Origin: Azolla caroliniana
Taxonomy: Eukaryota; Plantae; Polypodiophyta
Direction of reading: 5' to 3'
NCBI GenBank assembly: GCA_043228905.1
Contig: JBHGNT010000006.1
Coordinates: 20,708,001-20,772,000 of the forward strand
DNA length: 64,000 nucleotides
The notes under the pieces: model-generated
Database searches by the model: none
The model's input: the letters and a program-made list of their open reading frames with translations, nothing else
What the model was told of the DNA's origin: nothing
Position numbers and translations under genes: made by a program
Shown: in pieces, positions 11,309-23,037 of the stretch
How the letters are laid out: every line of letters starts with the position of its first letter
How positions within the stretch are numbered: position 1 is the stretch's first letter

Positions 11309-14300
11309 TGTTGGGATTTCGGTCCCTCCGGATGGGATGTCCGGAGATGAATGACGGCAAGCCTGGTTGCGGTTACGGAGCCGGATGATGAAGACCCCGG
11401 CTACGGAGCCGGATGACGAAGACCCCGGCTACGGAGCCGGATGATGAATGTACCCGGAGAGAGATCCGGATGCGGGGACATATTTATAAATATGTTTGCC
11501 AAGGGTCCTTGAGGCTATATGTGTAAATAGTCCGAAAGTCATATGTGTATAAATATGACTTAGGGCAAACAGTTTTATGTTGCTGCTCATTTTTATGTTT
11601 TCGGCTGAGAGAGCGAAGCGAGAGCAGCCGAGAGAGAGAGTGAGAGAGAGAGAGAGAAAGGAAGAGGTCGACGCCTCTGTGTAATACCGCCGCCTGTGGC
11701 GAGGACAGCGAGCTCAAGGTCGTCGCCTTGCAGCTCGCCATTGTACATTCCCAGCGTATAGTGATAGTTGGAGTCTTGCACTCCCGTGGTTATTCCCATT
11801 TAGGGTTTTCCACGTAAAACATCCAGTGTACTCTTCTCTCTATTGACTTCGTGCATTTTGTATTTCCTGTTTTCTGTGAGTTAATCATATTCCTCGGTTG
11901 GGGCCGAGCACTGTGCTCAACAAAGTGGTATCAGAGCGACGGCAGTGCAGAAAATGGAAGGCGGCAGCAGCGGGCAGCCGGGGATGATGGTGCTGAATGC
12001 GTAGAACTACGCCGACTGGAAGATAAAGATGGAGGATCTGCTCATTGTTCGGGACCTGTATGAACCGATCGACAGGTCGGAAATACCCAAGGGGGTACTT
12101 GAGACGGAATGGAGGCTTCTGAACCGGAAAGCCGTTGCAACCATTCGGCAATACGTCGACGTGAGCGTTCTACAACATGTGGCGAACGACACCAACGCAT
12201 ACGAGATGTGGCGGAAGCTGTCGGGCCTCTACGAGAGGAAGAATGCGTTGAACCGGACCTCCCTGATGAGGAAGATAGTGAACCTCAAGTACCGCGACGG
12301 CGAGAGTATGGTGGAACACGTAAGCACGTTCATGGGATTCGTGAACCAGCTTGCGGCGATCAAGTTCCCGTTGGAGGATGCAATGCAAGCCATCATCCTG
12401 ATGTGTACATTGCCGGAAAGCTGGGAGAACTTGGTGGTGACTCTCAGCACCTCCTGCACCGAAGATAACTTGTCTCTACAAACGGTAAAGACAAGCATTT
12501 TGAACGAAGAAGCGCGTCGGAGAGATAAAGAACCGGTTTCCGATCCGAAGATGCTGCTTACCGAATCGGATCGGGGAAGACAATGGAACCGGAGTCCGCA
12601 AAGACGGGAGAAGTCGGGGACCCGGTCGCAGTCAAGAGGAAGGCCCACATGCTTCCACTGTGGGAAGCCGGGGCACTTCCGGAAGAATTGTCGGCATTAC
12701 CGAAAAGACAACGGAGCCGACGACACCGATTCGAAGAAGTCACCGGAGCGAAACGGTGCATACCGGGGAGCCACGGACCGGAGAGGTCCGGATCGGCGAG
12801 GGCAGGACCGGAAAGGAACGACGGCACTCGCGGCAAGTGAAGAAGAGATAATGCTCATTACCGAAGAGAGGGAGCTGAACCTTGCCAATGAAGAGATGAC
12901 CTGGGTGGTCGATTCCGGAGCGTCGTTCCACCTGACCCCGGAGAAGAAATACTTCTCATCCTATACAGCCGGTGAGCACGGCTGTGTCCGGATGGGAAAT
13001 GAAGGTACATGCCGGATTGCCGGCATAGGAGACGTGTGGCTGATGACATCAACCGGATGCAAGATGCTGCTGAAGGATGTTCGACACGTTCCAGAGGTTC
13101 TATTGAACCTGATTTCGGCCGGGAGGCTAGACGATGAAGGCTACACGGGTAGCATCCGGAACGGTGTCATGAAGTTCAGCAAAGGGAGCCTGATAGTGGC
13201 TCGGGCCCGGAAGATCAACACACTGTACCTGATGAATTCCCGGCTATGTCCGGAGGAGCTGAACGTGGCAGCTGACACTGCCGGTGAGCTATGGCACAAG
13301 AGACTGTGCCACATGAGCGAGAAGGGGATGAAGAGGCTTGCAGAAGACAACCTTATTCCAGTGAAGCATGTGCACCTGGAGAAGTGCACCGATTGCCTGG
13401 CCGGTAAGCAGAACCGAACCTCCTTCCACTCAAGGCCACCGACGAGACGTAGCGCACCATTGGAGTTGGTGCACACTGATGTGTGTCAGGTAGAAACGAA
13501 GTCACATGGCGGAGCCCAGTACTTCGTGACATTCATAGATGACCATAGCCGGAAGCTGTGGACGGCACCGTTGAAGACAAAGGACCAAGTGTTGTCTGTC
13601 TTCAAAGAACTTCACGCGAGAGTGGAAAGAGAATCCGGCAAGAAGCTGAAAGCGATACGAGCGGATAACGGAGGGGAATACCGGGGGCAGTTCGCGGAGT
13701 ACTGTCGCTCGAAGGGAATCCGGCTCGAGTTTACTGTGCCGAAGACGCCGGAACTAAACGGGCTGGCCGAGAGGATGAACCGGACCATAATGGAGAGGGT
13801 CCGGAGTATGCTGGCGCATGCGAAATTACCCAAGGGGTTTTGGGCTGAGGCAATGTCGACGGCGATATACGTGATAAACAGATCACCCTCAGTACCTTTG
13901 GACGGAGACACGCCGCAAAGAGTGTGGACCGGTAAGGAAGTGTCCTACCGGCATCTGAAGGTGTTCGGGTGTCTCGCATACGTGCATGTGGCAAAGGACC
14001 GGAGAGGAAAGTTAGATCCAAAGACCCGGCCATGCATATTCCTCGGTTACGGCGACGACGAGTTCGGCTACCGAGTATGGGACCCGGTCGACAAGAAGAT
14101 ATTCAGGAGTCGAGATATCATCTTCATGGAGGACAAGACACTCGCCGATTGGGAGTCGGAGAAGAAGATGAAGAGCTCCAAGTCGACCGGTGAGGATCAA
14201 CTCTACGAAGAGCAGTCCCGACCGGCAAGGGACCGGTTAGCACTCGAGGATCCGGTCGAAGACGGTGAAGAAACAGAACCGGCCGAAGAAGATGAAAATG

Positions 14301-16679
14301 ATACCGGAACCGGCCCCGATCCCGAAATGGATTCGGATGAAGAAGAATCGGAAGAACCAGTTACCGAAGCTCCGGAACGGAGATATCCTCTAAGAGAGAG
14401 AAGGGCTCCCCGGAGATTTCCGGAACCAGAGCACGTGCTGCTAACCGACGAGGGGGAGCCGGAGAGCTTTGAAGAAGCGAAGCATGACACTCATAGCCGC
14501 AGGTGGTTAAGTGCCATGCAGGAGGAGATGGATTCCCTGCATGAGAACCACACATATGAACTTGTGGAGTTGCCGAAAGGAAAACGGGCACTCCGTAACA
14601 AGTGGGTGTTCAAGCTGAAACCGGGAGATGCCGGAAACCCCCTGAGATACAAAGCCAGGATCGTGGTGAAGGGGTTCCAGCAGAAGAAGGGCGTCGACTT
14701 CGACGAGATATTTGCCCCGGTAGTGAAGATGACCTCCATCCGGACGGTGCTGAGCATAGCGGCAAGCATGGACCTCGAGGTAGAACAAATGGACGTGAAG
14801 ACGGCATTCCTTCACGGTGACCTCGAAGAAGAGATATACATGCAGCAACCGGAAGGATTCGAGAAGAAAGAGAAGGAGCACTTGGTATGCCGGTTGAAGA
14901 AGAGCCTTTATGGTTTGAAGCAGGCTCCCCGGCAGTGGTACCGAAAGTTTGACTCCTTCATGACCGATGAAGGGTACCACAAAACGCAGTCTGACCACTG
15001 CGTGTTTGTGAAGAAGTTCGACGGAGGAGACTCTCTAATACTCCTCCTGTACGTGGACGACATGTTGATCGTCGGACGGGACCAGGTCAAGATACGAATG
15101 CTGAAGAAGGCTCTTCACCGAACCTTCTCAATGAAGGACCTGGTTCCGGCGAGGCAAATACTAGGGATGCACATCATCCGGGACCGGAAGAAGAAGCAGT
15201 TGTGGCTGTCACAGGAGAAGTACGTGACAAAGGTGCTTCAACGGTTCAACATGTCGGAAGCAAGACTAGTTGGGTCGACTCTCCCGGCAAACTGCAAGCT
15301 GTCCAACAAGCAAAGTCCCAAGACAAAGGCTGAAAAGGAGGATATGATGAAAGTGCCGTATGCCTCAGCCGTCGGGAGCTTGATGTACGCCATGGTGTGT
15401 ACGAGACCGGACATAGGATATGCAGTCGGAGTGGTGAGCCGGTACATGAGCAATCCTGGCAAAGAGCACTGGAACACGGTCAAGTGGATACTCCGATACC
15501 TGAAGGGCACGACAAACGTGTGCCTCCGATTCGGCTCCGGTAAGCCCGAACTTGACGGCTTTACCGATTCGGATATGTCGGCTGATGCAGATACCAGCCG
15601 GTCCACATCAGGGTATGTGATGACGTATGCAGGGGGAGCTGTTTCGTGGCAGTCGAGGCTGCAGAAGACGGTTGCGTTGTCAACCACGGAGGCGGAGTAC
15701 ATGGCGGCTGTTGAAGCCGGCAAGGAAATAATATGGATGAAGGACTTCATTAGAGAGCTCGGGATCCGGCAGGAGGAGTACCGACTCTACTGCGATAGTC
15801 AGAGTGCCATCCACCTTGCAAAGAACGCGGCCTACCATTCCCGGACGAAACACATCCAGTGTAGATACCACTGGATCCGGGAAAGGATAGAAGACAAGGA
15901 GTTCGTGATGACGAAGATCCACACGGACGAGAACGGGTCGGATATGCTGACCAAGGTGCTCACACCCGACAAGCTGGAAGCATGCCGGAAGAGGATCGGA
16001 TTGGAGAGACATCCCATGCCGAAGTGAAGGGGGAGTTTGTTGGGATTTCGGTCCCTCCGGATGGGATGTCCGGAGATGAATGACGGCAAGCCTGGTTGCG
16101 GTTACGGAGCCGGATGATGAAGACCCCGGCTACGGAGCCGGATGATGAAGACCCCGGCTACGGAGCCGGATGACGAAGACCCCGGCTACGGAGCCGGATG
16201 ATGAATGTACCCGGAGAGAGATCCGGATGCGGGGACATATTTATAAATATGTTTGCCAAGGGTCCTTGAGGCTATATGTGTAAATAGTCCGAAAGTCATA
16301 TGTGTATAAATATGACTTAGGGCAAACAGTTTTATGTTGCTGCTCATTTTTATGTTTTCGGCTGAGAGAGCGAAGCGAGAGCAGCCGAGAGAGAGAGTGA
16401 GAGAGAGAGAGAGAAAGGAAGAGGTCGACGCCTCTGTGTAATACCGCCGCCTGTGGCGAGGACAGCGAGCTCAAGGTCGTCGCCTTGCAGCTCGCCATTG
16501 TACATTCCCAGCGTATAGTGATAGTTGGAGTCTTGCACTCCCGTGGTTATTCCCATTTAGGGTTTTCCACGTAAAACATCCAATGTACTCTTCTCTCTAT
16601 TGACTTCGTGCATTTTGTATTTCCTGTTTTCTATGAGTTAATCATATTCCTCGGTTGGGGCCGAGCACTGTGCTCAACA
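11309..16679 (+). mobile_element. Ty1/Copia element C1 (Tnt1/Tork-like), full length, inserted in the B1 RT region
   Basis: LTRs 11309-11922 and 16038-16679 differ by about 2 SNPs and one 28-bp repeat unit. TSD GAGCG. PBS TGGTATCAGAGC at 11926-11937. PPT at 16026-16037. Confidence 0.97.
11954..16027 (+). pseudogene. gag-pol: C1 gag-pol polyprotein with one early stop (TAG at 12002-12004, CAG in C2); 1332-aa ORF from 12029
   Basis: CCHC knuckle, VVDSGAS protease, WHKRLCHMSEKG, integrase DDE core, LLYVDDM, RNase H; nearly identical to C2. Confidence 0.93.
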
Positions 16680-17262
16680 GAGCGTTTGATGGCTCTAGAA
16701 TCTCCATTGCCACCTTCTCCTTGAGCAAGTCGATGATTTTGGGAATATGCGCCCGTGGCACCGGAATCGGCTTCAGGTTCCACGACACATGGTCAATTGT
16801 GAAGATCACCATCGGCTCCACTATCTTCGGATCAACGCACCCTATCTCCTTCGACGTGAATGCAAATGCTTTCCCATGTTGTTCCAACATCCCACGGAAT
16901 CGTTCTTCTTCATTTTGTAAAAGGAAACCACCTCCACCGATCCGAAGTTTCTTCCGGGTCTCATCCGTGAAGGCATGTCCGATATCCACGGACTTCTGAA
17001 CTGTCGGATCTCCTGAGACTTCTTTCCTCTTTTGCTTGCTATCGGCGGGAAATGGTCCCGCGACCGGTTTCACTTTCTTCTCCACGGTCTTGTATTTCGT
17101 ACTTACCATTGCTTCTTCTTTGTGGAGTGCATCCAGCCCCATTTTCGCAATGATCTCGTACATCTCGACCGATTCCACCGGGACTACCCGGTCTCCTTGG
17201 CTTTTATCCTCCACAAGCTCTTCAAGCCGTTGTAGCATGTTCCCATAGAGCACTTCTTCGAC
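16680..17262 (-). pseudogene. pol: B1 pol segment upstream of the RT core
   Basis: TKYKTVEKKVKPV...EPMVIFT...LKEKVAMEILEPSNA rejoins PYSNRWF across C1. Confidence 0.85.
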
Positions 17263-20200
17263 TACCCCCAAAATTATTCCTTACGAGGAATATCTTTCTA
17301 ATGGCCTTTCGGTTTACGCACCGATACGACCTTCCTACGCACTGGTTTGCATACCGGTTTACGCATCCGTTTTACGCACCGATACGACCTTCCTACGCAC
17401 CGATTTGCATACCGGTTTACACATCTGTTTTACGCACCGATACGGCCTTCCTATGCACCGGTTTGCATACCGGTTTACGCATCCGTTTTACGCACCGGTC
17501 CGGCCTAATCGATCGGTCCCAATCAATCCGGTCCTCGGCTTGCTCAGCCGATCCGGCCGATGTTGAGCTTGTCTCTCAACACTCCCCCTCAAGCTCAATT
17601 TGAGGCTCTTTGGGATCCTCCGGATCACCGCTCTGGTTCCTCCTGGCTCTTCGCCTCGTTCGCGCTCCTTGGCCTTTTTGACTCCGTGCGCTTTGACCCT
17701 TCCGGTTGGTATGACCCTTCATAGCTCCCTTGTTGTTGCGGTGTTGGCGCTTCTCTTGCTGCCTTCTTTTTCGCTTGGCCCTCGATTGATTCAGTGTATC
17801 TGAATCAAACACTCGAACCGACTCGGCTACCTCCGATTGGTTTTCGATCTCCTCCAAGTTGGCTGTCTCCAACTCGTCTTCGGTCTTCTCGCCCTTGACG
17901 GCATCATCTCCCCCATGCTTGGTTGGCTTTGGCTCTTTCTTCCGGCTGCTCCCCTTATGTCCGCTTTCAGACTCTTTCGCAGATCCGCCCTCGGCTTCTT
18001 CAACCGATTCGAAATCGAATTCGTCATCCGACTCGGCCCTTTCCTACTTTCTTCCATGGTCATTCGGGACGTCTCTCCCCCTCAAGTTTGGCACATCGAG
18101 GTGACGCAACCCAAGCGCACATGAGAATTGCCGCAACTTGTCCAGACCAAGAGACTTGGTGAAGATGTCGGCGGTCTACCGATCCATTGGAACATACTTA
18201 AGTTCGACTTCACCAGAAAGGACATGCTCATAGACAAAATGGTAGTGCACCTCAATGTGCTTGGTCCATGCGTGGAAGATGGGGTTCTTCGCGAGCTGGA
18301 TGCTGTTGCGGTTGTCGTAGTAGATCGTCGTCGAATCGGACACCCCCACCTGCAGATCCTTAAGTAGCCACTTCAACCATAGGGCTTCGCATGTCGTGAC
18401 AGCTGCTCCTCTATACTCAGCTTCGGTGCTCGATAGCGCAACTGTCAGTTGCTTCTTGCTACTCCACGCTATCACGGCACTCCCAAGAGAGAATGCGTAT
18501 CCGAAAGTGGATCGGCGATCGGCGATGTTGCCGGCCCAGTCGGCATTGGTGTAGCCGACCAACTGTGGGGCTCTACCGGTCCGATATAGTAGTCCCCGGT
18601 CCGTAGTGCCGCTTACGTACCGCAGTACACGTTGTGCACACTGAAGGTGCTCCTCGGTAGGTCGCGCCATGAACTAATTGATCACCCCGACCGGATAACT
18701 GCGATCGGGTTGGGTGATGGTCAAGTATATGAGGCTGCCGACTATCTATCGGAACCTCGTTGGGTCGCATACCTTGCCAGACTTGGGGCGAAGCTTGACG
18801 GTTCTATCCAGAGGAGTCGAGACGGACTTACAGTCTGCCATCCCGAATTTGAAGAGCATATTCGACGCGTAATGACGTTGGCTGATCAGTATGCCTTCGG
18901 GGGTGCGGATCACTTCGATCCCGAGAAAGTATTGAAGGTCCCCCAGATCCTTCATGTCGAACGATGTCGCAAGTTGGAGCTTCACGCGGTTGATTTCACC
19001 TAGATCAGCGCCGGTGATGACCAAGTCATCAACATAGAGTAAAATACTGACCGGTTCAAGTCAACCTTTCCAAACGAACAGTGAGGAGTCCGATTTTGAC
19101 GTCGCAAAGCCCATCCGATGAAGTCAATGTGTGATCTTCGCGTTCCAGGCACGCGGGGCTTGCTTCAGTCCGTAAAGGGACTTCTTCAATCAGCACACTG
19201 CCGAAGTGTTCGTTCCGGAGTGAAATCCGGGGGGCTGTACCATGTACACCTGTTCCTCAAGCTCACCTTGCAGGAACGCATTCTTTACATCCATCTGATG
19301 TAAGTGCCACCCCTTTGCCGCAGCTACCGTGAGCAAAACACGGATGATCGTCATCTTCACGACCGGTGCAAATGTCTCATCGTAGTTGATGCCGTGTTTC
19401 TGCGCGTAGCCTTTCGCTACTAACCGAGCCTTGTATCGGTTGACCAAGCCGTCGGTGTTGTACTTGACCTTGTACACCCACCTACATCCGATCGGCTTCA
19501 CACCCTTCGGTGCGTCAACCAGGTCCCATGTCTCGTTTTCCGTTAGTGCGTGCATCTCTTCCTCCATTGCGGCGCGCCAATTTGCGTCCTGAGCCGCTTC
19601 TTCGTAGCTCTCCGGCTCACGCACTTCCGCTACATGGGTCATGTACGCATAATCATGTGCCATGTACTCGTTGTATTTGAACCGCACAACTGGGTTCTTC
19701 TGGCGGGTAGATCGGCGTAATTGGTCATTAGCCGATGTCGAGATTTTCTCAGCCGACGCGGACTTCGCTCTTGAAGGCCCGTCACCGCTTTCCTCGGAGT
19801 CGGACTTGCGTCGGTCTGACTCGTTCCTATTCGTGCCGGAATCCGACACCTTCTTCTTCCCTTTCTCTTTGCGTGTAAGCCGTCTCCTCGGCTTCCTGCG
19901 TGGGGAATGCACGACCGAGTCTCCACTACTCGCCGGCTCTTCATCGGAGTGGTCGTACCGACTCAGTCGTTCGTTTGGTCCACTTAGCCGAAACGAAATC
20001 AGACTCTCTTCGCGGGTCCCGATTTCCGGCTCATCTGGAGGCATCTTGGCCTTGCTGACCTCATCGTCAGAACTCGGATTGGAGGTGAGGTTCGGAGTCG
20101 GAGGCAAGTACCAGGATGCAGACTCATCAAACACAACGTCGCGGCTCACGCACGCTTGTTTGGTACGTGGGTTATAGCACTTATAACCCTTCTGCTCATC

Positions 20201-22858
20201 CGAATAGCTGACCAAGATACACTTCTCGGCTTTAGTGTCCAACTTCCTCCTTTTCTCCTTCGGCACATGCACATACGCAATGCTACCAAAAACTCGTAGG
20301 GGTCGCAAGTTCGACTTCGTTCCGAAATATAGCTCGTGCGCCGACACTTTATCTCCGATCCGATTCTGGATGTATACAACGGTCCTTACTGCCTTGGCCC
20401 AGTAGAACTTGGGCAGGCTCTTCTCTTCCAGCATTGCCCGTGCCGCTTCCACAACTGACCGATTTTTCCTCTCGGCCACGCCGTTTTGTTCCGACGTGTA
20501 TCTACAACTGAATTCACACCGAATTCCCATTTGTTGTAGATAAGCGTTGAATTGACTGGAAAAGTATTCTTTTCCGCCATCCGACCGCAGGCACTTGATC
20601 TTTCTTCCTGTTTCCGTTTCCACGAACCCTTTGAGGTCCCGAAAACAGTCGAAGACTTCGCTCTTCCTCTCGATGAGGTAGATCCATGTGTGCCGCATAT
20701 AGTCGTCGATGAAGGAGACGAAATATCGGCTCCCGCCAAGACTAACGTTTTGTGCCGGTCGCCACACATCGGAGTGTATCAAGTCGAGCTTGTTCCGGCT
20801 CCGGTTACGCTTGTTGGGGAAGGGAAGTCGGTGTTGCTTCCCAAGCTGGCAGGCTTCACAAATTTGTGCCTTCCGGCCACTAAATTTGGGCAATCCAAAC
20901 ACCACTTGTTTCGATTGCAGGTCTTGGAGCCGCTGGTAGTTGACGTGGCCTATCTGCTTGTGCCATAAGTTGATGTCCGACTCGACTTTTTGTCCCTTTG
21001 CGAACATTGCGGTGCCACTTTCAGTAGAGTTGAGGATGAACATTCTCCCATCTCCACGCCCTTGTGCAATAATACGGCCTTCTTCCTCAATGAAGCACCC
21101 GAGGTGTGTAAACCAAACCTGCATCCCCTGGTCAACGATCTACCCGACTGACACCAGATTCTTCGTGATGGTCGGGACGTGTAACACGTTCATAAGTTTC
21201 CCTTTCTGCCCGACATGGCTCAAGGGAACTTCACCGACATTCGCAATCGGATGCGGAGTGTCGTCTCTGGTTGCGACTACTCCTGGTTGCGTCGGTTTCT
21301 CAAGGTATGAGAACCACTCCTCGTGGCACGTCATGTGGTTTGACGCACCGGAGTCGACGTACCACACCTCGTCCGATTTCGGGGCGGACTGCTTCATTGA
21401 GTTTGCTTCGTGTCTCGTCACGAAGACTGACCCTTTTCTGGCTTCTCCGGATCCTTCGACGTAGTGCGATCGTTGCCGGTTTCCTTTGTTGGTATGTCCG
21501 GAACTAGATCTGGAACCGGTCCTCTCTGACTCGGCACGCTTTTTCCAGCACTCGCTTTCCCTATGGCCTCCGCGGCGGATTTCCTTTGCCGGTTCTCGTT
21601 GCCTCGACTCCCCCTGTTTCCGGAGGGTCCGGAGTTGCTGGCGGGCATCACTTCGGTGCCTTCTTCCTTGATCCCGTCGGCCGCCTCCATTGCGTACCGA
21701 CTCGCCTCGTTCGCCACGACCACGGGGCCTATCTCCCTCCGCGTACAACATCTTGTTGTCGGTGTGCGTGCTTGTTGACGCACCCGTGTGGTTCTCCTCT
21801 ACCAGGAGCATTGACTGTAAGTCGAAAAAGGACGACGTATTCTCCCGGGTACACACAACAGTTCGGAACGCACCGAAAATTGATGCCAAACCCCCGAGAC
21901 AGACCTGGACCATCTCGCTTTCCTCGATGTTCACATCGATGGAAGCTAAGGAGTCGCATATGTCCTTAATCCTTGAGGTATAGTTAGCCACTGACAAATC
22001 GCGTTGCCGTAGGTTGTTGAACTCCTGTCAGAGCTGAAGCTTCCTGGCTGTGGTGCTCGCAGCGAAAATCTTCTTTAGATTTTCCCACGCACCCTTCGGC
22101 GTTTTTGCATCCCGAACGTAGCTTAACAGCTGTTCACCCACACAAGACGCAAAATAGTACAACACTCTGCTCGCCAATTGTTCCCACGCCGGGAAGTATT
22201 TGTGTGTCATTTGCTCCATCGACATAGCTCCAGTAACTGTGTCCGAGCAGGTATTGGTGCATCTTGTAGGACCAAGATGCGTAGTTGGTTCTGTCGAGCT
22301 TCTCTGTTGGAAGCGAGCTAGCCATTCCTCTGTCCATCGGTTTTCTTGTTCTTGTTCGTTGGTTTTCCCTTCAAGCAAAGTCGGCTGCAGAGGCTCTCAA
22401 CCCTCGCGCTCTGATACCATGAAAAGAATTGCGTGCAGAAGCAATATAGAAAACTGAACAATAGAAAACGCAGGTTTAATGGAGAGCTTAGGTTTGCACA
22501 GTACGCATGGGAGAGACAGAGAGAGTAAAAACAGAACTTAATTCAAAAAAACGAATACTCAAGTTGTACATAAGATGTGCTCAGTGAGCACTTTTATACA
22601 AGCCCTGACAATTGGGCTGACACAAGTACCGACAATACTTGATTGCTCATAAATGAGCCTCGACTCTTACTCCCAAAATTATTCCTTACGAGGAATATCT
22701 TTCTAACGGCCTTTCGGTTTACGCACCGATACGACCTTCCTACACACCAGTTTACGCATCCGTTTTACGCACCGGTCCGGCCTAACCGATCGGTCCCAAC
22801 CGATCCGGTCCTCGGCTTGCTCAGCCGATCTGGCCGATGTTGAGCTTGTCTCTCAACA
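17262..22858 (-). mobile_element. Ty1/Copia element D; outer part of the 3' LTR deleted
   Basis: 5' LTR 22420-22858 with abutting PBS TGGTATCAGAGC (22408-22419). Partial 3' LTR ~17262-17581 with PPT at 17582-17593. Gag to RNase H fragments in between. Confidence 0.9.
17576..22326 (-). pseudogene. gag-pol: Copia D gag-pol with stops and frameshifts, plus a C-terminal extension after RNase H
   Basis: [61 protein letters not shown]. Confidence 0.88.
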
Positions 22859-22973
22859 AACTTATCCTCTACTTTTTGGTATTCTTTCTTCTTTCCTCTG
22901 GTTACGACCGTGTATGTAGATGCCCCATCCGGACCGATTCGTACTTGTTTTGCTCCGAGAGTTTTCTTCCTAT

Positions 22974-23037
22974 GTGGGGTATCAAGGCTTCTCGGACTAT
23001 CACTTCCCCACTCCGCAATAGTCCGCTCTAAAAATCC
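22974..23037 (-). promoter_or_regulatory. Predicted -1 ribosomal frameshift signal in B1 (G_GAT_TTT plus pseudoknot)
   Basis: GGATTTT, TAGAG spacer, stem CGGACTAT/ATAGTCCG, loop GTGGGG able to pair with downstream CCCCAC; conserved in B2. Confidence 0.75.
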
